This document shows, piece by piece, positions 33,963 to 45,168 of a stretch of 64,000 nucleotides of DNA. The position numbers were made by a program, and so were the translations under genes. How positions within the stretch are numbered: position 1 is the first letter of the stretch; every line of letters starts with the position of its first letter. Source of the stretch: Rebecca billardiae RCC1528 (lineage: Eukaryota > Protista > Haptophyta); assembly GCA_965240325.2 (NCBI GenBank), contig OZ251226.1, forward strand, positions 1,674,001 through 1,738,000, given 5' to 3'. Under the pieces are notes generated by a model. The model was not told the DNA's origin. It saw nothing but the letters and a program-made list of their open reading frames with translations, and searched no databases.

Positions 33963-36900
33963 TGGCGGAGCCGCCGGGTGGCGACATGCGTGACCAGCTC
34001 CCGCCGCGAGCTCTCGTCCTCAAGCCGCAGGACCTCCGCACGGCCATCTCCGTTCTTGTGGTCATGGTCACGTCGAAGCCGGACATGGACGTCGCGCTCG
34101 CGTTCTCCAACCCGTCCTCGCCCCTCGAGCCGGGCAAGGACGATACCGGCGCGGACAAGCCCATCGTCTGCCCCCCGTCCACCGCCGCCGCCACCATCCA
34201 GGCCAAGCAGCTGCGCACGCAGGCTTTCATCGTGCAGTTGCTTCTCAAGGCGGTCGCTCCTCGCATCCTCGACCCGATCATCGCGCAGTTGCAGCACTCG
34301 GGTCTCGGGCTCGAGCTGTCTCATCTCGTCAACGCGCTCAACGTGCGCTGCAACAGCTCCCGCCCCTCCTCGCTCGTCGCCAAGCTGTACGCCCTGCTCT
34401 CGATCAAGCTGTCGCCGAGCGAGAGCTTCCACACCTTTGCTGCTCGTGTGATGTCCAACGCCACGGAGCTGCGCGGCGTCGAGATCAAGGACGACATCTT
34501 CACGCTCGTCGTCATCCTCGTGAACCTCTACGGCCGCAACCCGTCCTTCGTCAGCTCGGTGATCGCGACGATGAACGACCAGCCCATCTCTGTGGAGGAT
34601 CTCATCGAGCGCGTGCACGATCTCGACCGCGTCGCCGCCGCCGCCAACGGCACGAACCCCAACCGCCAGGCCGTCAACGCGCTCACCTCCAAGGGCCAGC
34701 CCGGCGCATCCATGCCTCCTACCCCGTGCAAGTACTGCGGCGGCATGCACTGGAACCGCGACTGCCCGAACCGCCCCCAGACGTCCACCTCGCGCTCCTC
34801 GGGCGCGACGCCCGCAGCCGACGCTCGCTCCGGCGGCGCGCGCCGCCCGACTCACAAGTCCAACAAGCTCCAGCGCGTGCCCTCCGCGCCCTCGCAGTCG
34901 CAGCCGCAGCCGACGCCGCAGCGGGCGAAGCCGTCGGCGACCACGACGCGCGTGCGGCTCATCCAGGACGGCACGCCGACGCTCAACGCCATCTCCATCT
35001 CGGGCTCGGCGTCAGGCCCCAACTCGCAGCCGGCGGCGACCGACGCCGACGCGCCGCCGCCGCCGCCCGCCAACTCGCAGCCGCCCGCCGACTCGCCGCT
35101 GTCGCGGGCGCGCTTCAACTCGCTGCCGACGCTCGTCCTCACGCCGTCGTCGCGGCAGCCCGCCGGCGCGCCGCCGCCGCCGCCGGCGCCCGCCAACTCG
35201 CCGCCGCCCGCCGACCCGCAGCTGTCGCGGGCGCACTCCAACTCGCAGCCGGCGCTCACCAACACGCCGCCGCTGCCGCCGCCCGCCGACTCGCAGCAGC
35301 CGGCGCTGTCGCTCATCGACCAGCAGCCGGCGCTCTACTCGCCGCCGCCGCCACTGTTCGACCCGCCGACGCAGGCCAGCTCGCCGCCGCCGCCCTTCGG
35401 CCCGCCGTCGCCGCCGACGCAGGTCGACTCGCCGTCGCCGCCGGCGTCTGAGGCCGGCTCCCCGATCCAGCTCGCGACGGCGGCCGAGCTCGAGCGCGGC
35501 CAGAATGTGCTCATCATGGCGTTGCGCCAGTCCATCCGCAAGCCCGCCTCCTACGAGCCGTTCCACCTCAAGCCGTTCCGTCTCGCCAACCCCCCGGACG
35601 ACCGCGACGACTCCGCCTCCGACTCGGCCTCGGAGACGGACGATGAGCTGCCGGACCTTGTCCCGTGCACTCCCTCGTCCACGACCTCGGCTTCGGACGC
35701 GGCCTCGGACACGTCCGACGACTGCCCCAGCCTGGACGACGTCTCCACCGCGGGCAACTACACCTACCCGCTCGGCCACCTCGGCCAGCTCGCCGGAGAG
35801 CCGCTCACGCTCAGCCCGTACGAGTTCCTCGCCGCAGCCGCCGCGGCCGAGGCCGAGATCCATCGCGCACGGTCTTTCGGTGACGCCGGCGCCTACATCG
35901 ATGACCTGATCGTCCGGTACGAGCCGCCGCCGCCGCGGTTCAAGCACGAGGGTCGGCTCCGCGCGCTCTTCAAGTCCTCGCACGGTGCCTTCCTCTTCCT
36001 CGTCGCGCTCGCCGTCCTCGCCATCATCTCGATCCTCACCGCGGTCACCTGCTGCGCCCGCACCGGCCCGCCCATCATCTGCGGCGTCTCCCGCTCGTTT
36101 GACCCGATCAACCCGACCTGCATCCAGCAGCCGTTGCTCGCCGATCCGGAGGAGATTGAGAACGTGCACTCGACGATCTCCTTCGCCATCGGCACGCCGT
36201 TCACAGGCGACATCGCCCAGGCGAGCATCTCGATCATGATCGACACCGGCGCGGACACCACCATCGCCTCGACCGCGTTCTCTCGGTTTGCCGCCAAGTC
36301 CTTCCGCCAGTTCTCGGAGGCGCGCGCGGCGAACGGCACGCGGATCAAGATCAACACCTCGGCCTCGTTCGCCCTCGGCATGCGCTCGATCGACGGCGAC
36401 CTCATCACGCTGCCGCTCATGGACGTCCCGCTCTCTCCAGACGTCCCGGGCTTCTACATGAGCGACACTTGGCTGACCCGCCTCGGCATCTCGTTCATCT
36501 CGCTCGCGGCGCCGACCACCTTCATGTCCGGCGCCACCCCGATCCACGCGCAGGGCGGCCGGTACCTGCTGTACGGCGACAAGCTCGTTCCTCTGCACGG
36601 CCGCGATCTCGCATGCGCCGTCTTCATCCCGGACGACGACTCGCCGTCGCCCACCATCGCCGCGTCCGGCCTCCACGTGCCGCCCGCCCCGCTCCAGTCT
36701 TCGCTGCCGCCGCCGCCGGCGCAGCCGCCCACGTCCGACGGCGCTCTCGTCATCGTGACCATGGACCAGGCCTCGCAGACCGCCGACCTCGCGCCGGACG
36801 ACGACACGTTCTGCGACGAGTGCTGCGTCGAGTTCAAGGACACCGACGAGCTCTCGCGCGTCGCTCACCTCCGGCTCGGCCACGCTCACGCAGCTGCCGT

Positions 36901-39718
36901 CAACCGCACGCTCGCCGCATCCAAGCACCTCGGCGCGCGCAACCTCAAGTCGGACTGCTCGTGCGCGCTCGCCAAGATGAAGCGCAACTCGTTCACGTCC
37001 ACGTCGCCCCGCTCGGAGAAGGCGTTCGTGCTCGTCCATGTCGACGTCGCCGGCTACGTCGACGGCAAGTTCATCGTGAACCCGGACGATTTTGCCAAGT
37101 TCTACGTGATCGTGTTTGTCGACGACTACACCCGGGCCGGCTTCATCTACTTCCTCGACCGCCGCTCGGACGCACCGGAGGCGATGCGACGCTTCATCGA
37201 CGACATGTCGGTCTACGGCCACACCGTCAGCCGCTTCCGCGTCGACGGCGCCCCCGAGCTCAACTCGACCGACTGGGAGGGCATCTGCCGCGCGCACGGC
37301 ATCGCCCCCAACCAGGTCACGCCGCCCGACACGCCGCAGCACAACCCGATCGCCGAGCGCTTCATCCAGACGCTCTTCAACGCGGCGCGCTCGATCCTGT
37401 TCCACTCCAAGCTGCGCATCGACGCCTACGCCAAGGACGCGCTGCGCCACGCCGCGTACATCATCCGCCGCATCGCCACGCCGGTGACGTTCGACAAGAC
37501 GCCGTTCGAGCTGCTGCGCGGCTTCCCGCCAGATCTCGCTCAGCTGCGTGTCTTCGGCTGCGTCGCCTACGTCGTGCCGCCGAACACGCACTTCAAGAAG
37601 CTCGACCCGCGCGCCGTCATGGGCGTCTACGTCGGCCACGGCGACGACGGCCACATGGTGAACGTCCCGCCCAAGAACCGCACGCGCTACACGAAGGCGA
37701 TCATCGTACGCGTGCCCGGCGACGGCCAGATCGTCCCGGACATGTTCATCATCTCGCACCACGTGCGCTTCGACGAGGACACGCTCTACGTCGACCACCC
37801 CGACGCCGCTCACATCGCGCGCGACCCGCTCGCCGCCGCGCCGCAGCTGCCGCCGACGTCGCCGCCGCTCGACCTCCATGCTGCCGATGTGGGTAATGGG
37901 GGAAGTTCCCACGGCGCCGTCCGGCGCCGCGATGGCGCTGGCGCATTCGGACACGCTGAGCGGGTGGGGGACGCACCGCACGCCTACGTCGGAGACGCTG
38001 ACGACGACGCCGCCGGCGCCGAGGACTCCCTCGATGTCGACAACGCGCTCAACGACGACGACCCGCCCTCATCTCGCACGCGCGCGCGCGCACACGTCAA
38101 CTCGGTCGCGTCGCCGACTTACTCCAAGCTGCCGCGCATCTACGCGCTCCTGCTCGCCATCGGACTCTCGGACACGCCGACGGCGGTGCAAGCACTCAAC
38201 GGCCCGCATGCGACGCAGTTCGCCGCCGCTCTCGACGCCGAGTACGCCTCCATCCTGGCCAACGACACGTGGGTGGAGGTGCCGCGCAAGCCGGGGATGC
38301 GCACGCTGAAGGCGGCGCCCGTGTTCAACATCAAGCGCGACAAGAAGGGCAACATCAAGCGGTTCAAGGCCCGCGTCGTGGGCAAGGGCTTCACGCAGAT
38401 CGAGGGCATCGACTACGACGAGACCTTCTCCTCGGTCGTCCGCTACGAGACCCTCAAGATGATCATCGCCATCGCCGCGGCCAAGCAGCGCCGCCTCTTC
38501 CACGGCGACTTCACGACGGCGTACCTCAACGCGCCGATCGACTACGAGATCTACCTCGAGCTGCCGCTCGGGTACAAGCCGAAGACGAAGGGCGACGTCG
38601 TGCTGCGCCTCCTCAAGAGCCTCTACGGTCTCAAGCAGTCCGGCCGCAACTGGCGTCTCATGATCGACGACTGGATGAAGGAGTACGGGTTCGCGCAGAG
38701 CCAGGCCGACCCGTGCCTCTATGTCCTCAACACGCAGTCGGGCATCATCGCCGTGTGCATCTACGTGGACGACATGCTCATCCTCGACGACAGCGACGAC
38801 CCGACCGCCTGCGACCACTTCATCTCGAAGATCACATCCTCGTACAAGATGACCATCACGGCCGACATCGACGGCTACCTGTCGGCCACGCTCACGCGCT
38901 CCAAGGACGGCATCATGGTGACCGTCACCAAGAACATCCTCGAGCTCCTCGAGAAGACGGGCTTCATGAACTGCAACACGTCCGACACGCCGATGACCGA
39001 GGGCCTCAAGCTCGGCCCGTGCTCCGAGTCAGACGCGCTCGACGCGGAGACGACGACGTTCTTCCGCTCCGTGGTCGGCTCGCTCATCCACATCACGCAG
39101 TTTCGCCCGGACATCGCCTACGCCGTCGGCACGCTCACCCACTTCATGTCCAAGCCGGGCAAGAAGCACCTCGAGGCTGCCAAGCGCGTCATCCGCTACC
39201 TCGCCGGCACGCCGAACCACGGCCTCTTCTTCCGCTCGGGCTCGGACGTCATGCTCGTCGCGTACGTGGACGCCGACTACGCCAACGACCTCCACGACGA
39301 GCGCAAGTCTGTCACCGGCTACGTGATGCACCTCTGCGGCTCGACGGTGAGCGGCCGCCGCGAGAAGCAGCGCACGACGGCTCTGAGCTCGACCGAAGCT
39401 GAGTACATGGCCGTCACCTCCGCCGGCAAGGAGATCATCTTCATGCGCAAGCTGCTCACCGACCTCGGCTACCCGCAGCTCGCGCCGACCAAGCTCTTCG
39501 AGGACAACAAGGCGGTGGTGGACCTCACGGACAACGAGAAGTACCACAACCGCACCAAGCACATCGACGTCCAGTACCACTGGAACCGTCAGCACGCCCG
39601 CGCCGGCACCTTCAAGCTCTTCTTGATCCCCGGCACCGAGAACCCGGCCGACATCATGACCAAGCCGCTCGGCCCGGCCGCCTTCCTCAAACTTCGTGCT
39701 CAGATCCTGGGCATGTAA
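33962..39718 (+). CDS. Copia Gag-Pol polyprotein (1918 aa)
   Basis: Zn knuckle CKYCGGMHWNRDC; protease IDTGAD; HLRLGH..CSC; integrase VHVD/VDDYTR/RVDGAPE/PQHNPIAER; LRVFGCVAY; RT FKARVVGKGFTQ, LLKSLYGLKQSGRNW, YVDDML; RNase H YVDADYA, SSTEAEY, EDN, RTKHID, ADIMTKPL. Confidence 0.95.
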   Translation: MAEPPGGDMRDQLPPRALVLKPQDLRTAISVLVVMVTSKPDMDVALAFSNPSSPLEPGKDDTGADKPIVCPPSTAAATIQAKQLRTQAFIVQLLLKAVAPRILDPIIAQLQHSGLGLELSHLVNALNVRCNSSRPSSLVAKLYALLSIKLSPSESFHTFAARVMSNATELRGVEIKDDIFTLVVILVNLYGRNPSFVSSVIATMNDQPISVEDLIERVHDLDRVAAAANGTNPNRQAVNALTSKGQPGASMPPTPCKYCGGMHWNRDCPNRPQTSTSRSSGATPAADARSGGARRPTHKSNKLQRVPSAPSQSQPQPTPQRAKPSATTTRVRLIQDGTPTLNAISISGSASGPNSQPAATDADAPPPPPANSQPPADSPLSRARFNSLPTLVLTPSSRQPAGAPPPPPAPANSPPPADPQLSRAHSNSQPALTNTPPLPPPADSQQPALSLIDQQPALYSPPPPLFDPPTQASSPPPPFGPPSPPTQVDSPSPPASEAGSPIQLATAAELERGQNVLIMALRQSIRKPASYEPFHLKPFRLANPPDDRDDSASDSASETDDELPDLVPCTPSSTTSASDAASDTSDDCPSLDDVSTAGNYTYPLGHLGQLAGEPLTLSPYEFLAAAAAAEAEIHRARSFGDAGAYIDDLIVRYEPPPPRFKHEGRLRALFKSSHGAFLFLVALAVLAIISILTAVTCCARTGPPIICGVSRSFDPINPTCIQQPLLADPEEIENVHSTISFAIGTPFTGDIAQASISIMIDTGADTTIASTAFSRFAAKSFRQFSEARAANGTRIKINTSASFALGMRSIDGDLITLPLMDVPLSPDVPGFYMSDTWLTRLGISFISLAAPTTFMSGATPIHAQGGRYLLYGDKLVPLHGRDLACAVFIPDDDSPSPTIAASGLHVPPAPLQSSLPPPPAQPPTSDGALVIVTMDQASQTADLAPDDDTFCDECCVEFKDTDELSRVAHLRLGHAHAAAVNRTLAASKHLGARNLKSDCSCALAKMKRNSFTSTSPRSEKAFVLVHVDVAGYVDGKFIVNPDDFAKFYVIVFVDDYTRAGFIYFLDRRSDAPEAMRRFIDDMSVYGHTVSRFRVDGAPELNSTDWEGICRAHGIAPNQVTPPDTPQHNPIAERFIQTLFNAARSILFHSKLRIDAYAKDALRHAAYIIRRIATPVTFDKTPFELLRGFPPDLAQLRVFGCVAYVVPPNTHFKKLDPRAVMGVYVGHGDDGHMVNVPPKNRTRYTKAIIVRVPGDGQIVPDMFIISHHVRFDEDTLYVDHPDAAHIARDPLAAAPQLPPTSPPLDLHAADVGNGGSSHGAVRRRDGAGAFGHAERVGDAPHAYVGDADDDAAGAEDSLDVDNALNDDDPPSSRTRARAHVNSVASPTYSKLPRIYALLLAIGLSDTPTAVQALNGPHATQFAAALDAEYASILANDTWVEVPRKPGMRTLKAAPVFNIKRDKKGNIKRFKARVVGKGFTQIEGIDYDETFSSVVRYETLKMIIAIAAAKQRRLFHGDFTTAYLNAPIDYEIYLELPLGYKPKTKGDVVLRLLKSLYGLKQSGRNWRLMIDDWMKEYGFAQSQADPCLYVLNTQSGIIAVCIYVDDMLILDDSDDPTACDHFISKITSSYKMTITADIDGYLSATLTRSKDGIMVTVTKNILELLEKTGFMNCNTSDTPMTEGLKLGPCSESDALDAETTTFFRSVVGSLIHITQFRPDIAYAVGTLTHFMSKPGKKHLEAAKRVIRYLAGTPNHGLFFRSGSDVMLVAYVDADYANDLHDERKSVTGYVMHLCGSTVSGRREKQRTTALSSTEAEYMAVTSAGKEIIFMRKLLTDLGYPQLAPTKLFEDNKAVVDLTDNEKYHNRTKHIDVQYHWNRQHARAGTFKLFLIPGTENPADIMTKPLGPAAFLKLRAQILGM
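33963..33978 (+). other. Putative primer-binding site
   Basis: TGG-initiated sequence immediately after the 5' LTR; cognate tRNA not identified. Confidence 0.6.
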
Positions 39719-39975
39719 GGCCTCGCCGCATACACGAAGTCCCAGTGCTACATCGGTCGCCGCTCGTCGGACGCACATTGACCTCACGTTGTCTCTTCTG
39801 AACGGAGACGCTGCCGGCACCGACTCGCCCGACTTCTACATCGTCTACTCGGACAACCGCTCCGACGCATGCATCCCATACGGCAACATCGCATCATCTA
39901 CAATCACACGATGGTCGCACGTCTACACCCAGTCCCTTCGGGTCGACCAGGTTTCGTACGACCACCGCTGCGATT

Positions 39976-39984
39976 GGGTGGGGG
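39976..39984 (+). other. 3' polypurine tract
   Basis: GGGTGGGGG directly abutting the 3' LTR. Confidence 0.8.
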
Positions 39985-40410
<426 letters not shown>

Positions 40411-40706
40411 TATTGTCACAGTCAGACTAATTGCGCAGCATCATCATCAATCTGACAGCATGCATTCGATCATCCATATTTATTTATACTCGTCAAGGCG
40501 TCAGTGTCAGCGGTCATCAGCATCTAAGCAGAACGCGGCCCGTCGCGAGCCGAGCGCCGCAGAGTGATCCGCTGATCACACGGATTCGGTCGTCGACGTC
40601 CGACTCGCCGATCGCGGATATGACGATATCGACGTGACAATATGGTGACAAAACGTCCGGCGGTTGGCGGAGCCTGGATTCGGCCCGAAGGCGCCGGCAT
40701 AGTGCG

Positions 40707-41993
40707 TCAGGACTGAATTGGCCGCTGATTGCTGCTGGACTCATTTGTCATTTGCAACCAGCTGCCCATACGGAGAGTCTCGACCGGGACGCGCTCAGCA
40801 AGTCGTGGCCACACTGAGCGCACCATATCCTCAGTCGCGTGCGCGGCGGTACCGAGGCCAGAGACGAAGCGGACACGATGGCCGGGCGCGTTGCTGATGG
40901 TGCACTGGCCATTGTTCTTGTGGGCCACCGCTCGATGCGCTTTCCCAACCCCGACGACGGGCAGGGTCGCTGCACGGCCGTGCCCTTGCCTGTACTTCTT
41001 CAGCTTGCACTCGGCAAGCGAGCGCGAGTAGTAGTGGTAGAGCTGCAGGTCTCCGTAATCATCGAGCTTGCTTTCCTCCAACTGAGCCACGTCCACGCCA
41101 AGCGGCCACTGGGCGCCTGCCTTCCGGAATTTCCGGTACAAGCCTAACCAGGGGTACCCAAAGGCGCACAGCCTGTTCGCTCTGAGCGAGGTGAGGGGTG
41201 CCGGGTAGTACTCATCATCCTTCAACGAGCCGTTGCTCACGTCAGCGGGAGGGTACAGCTCGATCACCAAGTGCCGCCACGCCCCGACGCCCCGGCCGAC
41301 GCGTATGATCGGCTTGCCGAAGCACGTTGCGTGTGCCCGGCCCGACCTGTCAGCCTCTGCCCGCATGTACGCTCGCGGCTCAAAGAAGAAAGGCCCAAGC
41401 GCCTGCGTCGGCGGCACCGGCGTCATTGGAACGCCTTTGGCTGAGCTCACGTCGTTAAAGGAGAGCCTGGGCATGATCAATCCAAGGATGTGATGAGGCA
41501 CTCTGCGGAGTACCGAGAGCAGACTCCACGCCTCCCAGTTGCTACCATGGCCGCGCCTGTAACGCGGGGGCCCAAAATGCATGTACTCGTCGCCGTCGGG
41601 AAACGTGAGCCAATCCACGTCTCGCGCGGCCTCTGTCGTGCGGATGCAGTGGCCGCGGGCTTCGTCCTGGTTCCTGATACGCGTGGTGGTCCAAGGCAAC
41701 ACGCGTATGTACGTGTCCCACGACCGCAGCGCTTCGAGCCACGCAGCACTCTCCGGTGGGTCCACCGTGCGGTCGTCGATGTATACCCACGCGCTCTCGA
41801 CACCGATGAGCCGATGGTAGGCGAGGTGGTGGAAGAGGGTATGCTTCTCGTATTCGTACAGCGCGATGACGCAGATACGCACCAACGTGGCGTTCGGCTG
41901 CGTGAGCTGCACAGCATCCTTTGCAGCGGGTGTGATCGGCGCTTGCAGCCCCGACGCGCTCGCGAACGCCAGCGCGACGCCAACAGCACCCAT
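40707..41993 (-). CDS. Glycosyltransferase family 92/GT2-like (GT-A fold) protein
   Basis: Signal-like MGAVGVALAFASA; ICVIALYEYEKHTLFHHLAYHRLIGVESAWVYIDD; DWLTFPDGDEY (DxD); LYHYYSRSLAE; intronless. Confidence 0.7.
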   Translation of the reverse strand: MGAVGVALAFASASGLQAPITPAAKDAVQLTQPNATLVRICVIALYEYEKHTLFHHLAYHRLIGVESAWVYIDDRTVDPPESAAWLEALRSWDTYIRVLPWTTTRIRNQDEARGHCIRTTEAARDVDWLTFPDGDEYMHFGPPRYRRGHGSNWEAWSLLSVLRRVPHHILGLIMPRLSFNDVSSAKGVPMTPVPPTQALGPFFFEPRAYMRAEADRSGRAHATCFGKPIIRVGRGVGAWRHLVIELYPPADVSNGSLKDDEYYPAPLTSLRANRLCAFGYPWLGLYRKFRKAGAQWPLGVDVAQLEESKLDDYGDLQLYHYYSRSLAECKLKKYRQGHGRAATLPVVGVGKAHRAVAHKNNGQCTISNAPGHRVRFVSGLGTAAHATEDMVRSVWPRLAERVPVETLRMGSWLQMTNESSSNQRPIQS

Positions 41994-42680
41994 CGTCAAG
42001 GCGCACACCACTCTTGATCACCGCCGACGTATCTATGACGATAGTTACGTACCCCATTCTCCCCTCGAGCTACTGTAACCAAGTGTGCACGTTGCAACAT
42101 AGTAAAAACTGTACGGCCCTTGCTTGATGAGTTGCCTCTGAGCAAGCGCGGCGGTCTCTGAGCTAGCGTAAATACTTGTAAGTTGTAATTGGTAAGTCCA
42201 CCATATGCCAATTGCAATCACTGCAAGGCGACATCTTGCGTGACGAGCTGATGGTCAGATGGAGCTGACGACATGCTTCGTCCCTGACGGTGAGGAGCAG
42301 TGAAGTAAGATAGTGCGCCGTAATTCAAGAATCTGACCGGCCGCCTCAAACTACAGTAACGCCGAGTTACGTATGTGCCGTCAGCTAAAACGTCGCCGAT
42401 TCGATCTCGTATTTGTGTAGTAGTACTAGACACACGTGCATCGTCGCCTCGGTGCGGGTGCATGCAATGGCTCCCCCCCCCCCCCCCCTCTGGAGGCGGG
42501 CCGTCCATGGCATACCCCCGCCCCCTCTGGAGGCGGGCTGTCCACAGTGGAGTGGTGTCAAGGCACTAGGTGTCTCTGTCAGTGGTTTGAGGTTGGGTGG
42601 GGGTGGTGGTTCGGGTTGGGGGCTGGCCTGCTAGCTAGTAGAGTTTCGCTAACACGCTCCCGGAGCCTGCTGTTGATGCC

Positions 42681-45027
42681 GCTGGGGGAGCCGTGCGCCG
42701 CCATGATCTAGCTGCCGCCCGTCATATATCATCAGCATGTCATCGTCAAGTACGCGCAGCGTCCCACGCGACGCGACGGAACGGCCCGCCCGTGCGGCCC
42801 GCGAGCGGATGCACCGACCACGAAGGCGGCCGCGCGGCCGCGCTGGCGGCGGCTCGCGACAGCCGTGCGCGCGGCGGCGACTGCTCGTAGTCAGCAGAGG
42901 CGGACGACGACGAGACCAGAGCCGACTCGTCGAATGACGGTGGCCCTGGCGGCCAGTGCCGATCATGATGGCTGCTGCGCCTCCACGCCCCGCCCTGCCC
43001 CCTCGGCTCGTCGTCGTCCGCCAGCGGCGGCGGCTCCTCCGGCCGCGGCAGCGGGCGCAGCCCGGGCGTGGGGATGGCTGCGGGCTGCGGCGGGAAGAAC
43101 GCACGGCTCGGGCTGGCAGCGCGCGAGCGCCGGCCTGCGGGCGACCCCGCGCGTGCCGCTGGCGTACTGCTCGGCGCGAGCGTGCCGCGTGGCGCGCTCT
43201 GTGCCCGCGGCGGCGAGGCAGGCGGCCGCGGCGGCGGCGGAGCGGCGGCCGCCGCCCGCGCGCCGAGCGCGGCCCGCCTCCGGCCTCGCTCGGCGTCGAG
43301 CGCCCGCTGCGCGGCGCCCAGCTGCGCGCGCGCCCTCGCCAGCTCGGCCGCCGTGCGCGCCTGCGCCGCGCGTACCTGCTCGAGCTCGTCAGCAAGCGCG
43401 TGCGGCGGCGCGCGCGCGCGGGCGAGCTCCGATCGGGCCGCGGCCGCCTCGGCCTCGGCGCGGTCGAGCTCGCCCTCGAGCTCGCGACGCTCGGCGCCGG
43501 CGCGCAGCTCGCGCGAGAGCGCGAGGGCGGCGCTCTTCCGCTCGCGCGACGCCAGCGCCGCCTCCGCGGCCACCGCTCGCTGCGCGGCGGCCGCCGCGTC
43601 CTCGCGCGCGCGCGCCGTCGCCGCGGCCGCCGCGGCAGCCTCCCTCTCCGCGCGCGCGCGCGCCGCATCTGCCTTGGCCGCGAGCGCGCGCGCGCGGTCG
43701 GCCTGCGAGCGCGCGGCGGCGGCCTCGGAGTGCGCACGCGCCGCGAGCGCGGCGTGCTGCTCGGCTACGCGCGCACCGGCGTCGGCCGCGCCGGGCGACC
43801 TCGGCGGCTCGGCGGCGGCGTGGCCGGCGCGCGCGTTCGGGTCGGCGCGCGCGGCGCGCGCCGCGCGCTCGTGCGTCGCCGCGCGGCTGCGGTGGCGCTG
43901 CGCATCCGCACGCGCCTCGGCGAGCTGCTCGGTGAGGGAGGCGAGCTGCGCCTCGAGCAGCGCGCGGGGGAGCGGGCCGTCGGCCGAGTCCGCCTCGCTC
44001 CCATCGACCTCCGCCCCGCCGTCGTGCCCGCGTCTCGCAACGGCGTCGGCATCGGCGGCCGCGGCGGCGGCCGCGAGCGCGGCGCGCGCCGCCGACGCGT
44101 CGGCTGTCGCCTTTGCCGCCGCCCTACCGAGCGCGGCGCGGCGGGCGCGCTCCGAGTCGAGCGAGCGCTCGAGCAGGGCGACGCGGCGCGCCGCGTCGGC
44201 GCTCTCTCGCACCGCCTCGTCGCGCTCCGCGCGCGCGCTCGCCGCCGCCGCCGAGATCACCGCAGGCGCCTTGGCTGCGCGCGCCGCGCGCACGGCCGCG
44301 GCATCCGAGGCGGCACGCGCGACCGCGGCCGCGCGCGTGCCGGCAAGGGCGGCGAGCGCCTCGGCGGCGCGGGCGGCCTCCGCCGCTGCGGCCCAGCGAA
44401 GGAGCGCGCGGCTTGCGGAGAGCGCGGCGCTGCGCTCGAGCGCGCTGCCGATCAGCGCCGCGCCCGCCGCGTGCGAGCCGCGCGCGCGCGCGTCAGCCAC
44501 TGCAACGCGAACGTCTACGGCCGTGGCGGCGCGCTCGGCGACTGCGCGCGCGCGCGCGCAGTCTGCGCGGCCGGCGCGGTCGACGGCGCGCGCCCAGGTG
44601 CGCAGCGCGTGCGTGGCGGCGGCGCGCGGGCCTCGATCGGCGTCGAGCCGAGCAAGCACGCCAGCCGCCGCGCGCGCGCCGCACCCGCCGCCTCGATCGC
44701 CGCCGCCGCTCGCGCCCAGCTCAGCAGAGCGCGCGCCGCCGCGGCGCGCCGCGCCGCGCGCGCCTCGCGCACACGCAGAACATGCAGCGCGCACGCGGCG
44801 CCGCGCGGCGTGCGCGGGCGTGGCGGCGGCGGCGGGGCCGGCGGCGGCGGGTGCGCGGCGGTCGCCTCCGCCACCGCCGCCGCCGCCGCCTGCCGCGCGC
44901 CCTCCGCGTCGGCGCGCGCCAGGCTCAGCTGCTGCGTCAGCGAGCGCGCGCGCGCCGCGGCCGCCTCGCGCCGCGCCGCCTCCGCCGCGGTGCGCGCGCG
45001 CTCGGCCGTGAGATGGCGCTCGGCGTC
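42681..45027 (-). pseudogene. 5'-truncated, frameshifted duplicate of the 3' part of the 52406-58984 gene (source 52346-54706)
   Basis: Near-identical over ~2.35 kb; small indels near 43860, 44570 and 44663; no start codon of its own. Confidence 0.9.
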
Positions 45028-45168
45028 TATCTTTTCCCCGGGCACTACAAGGGGCGGACCTACGGCCCGCCATAGAATGTTCGAACTCAGGGCTGGTGTT
45101 TGCTATTGGACCATGGCCATGCTTTGTCCTAAGTGTTACTAGCTTATTAAAGTTAAGGCGGACGATTA

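Noticed and set aside
45053-45075. Canonical Helitron 3' end
   Set aside because: Hairpin present but no CTRR terminus at the expected distance and no 5' TC/AT target evident; kept only as an unexplained motif
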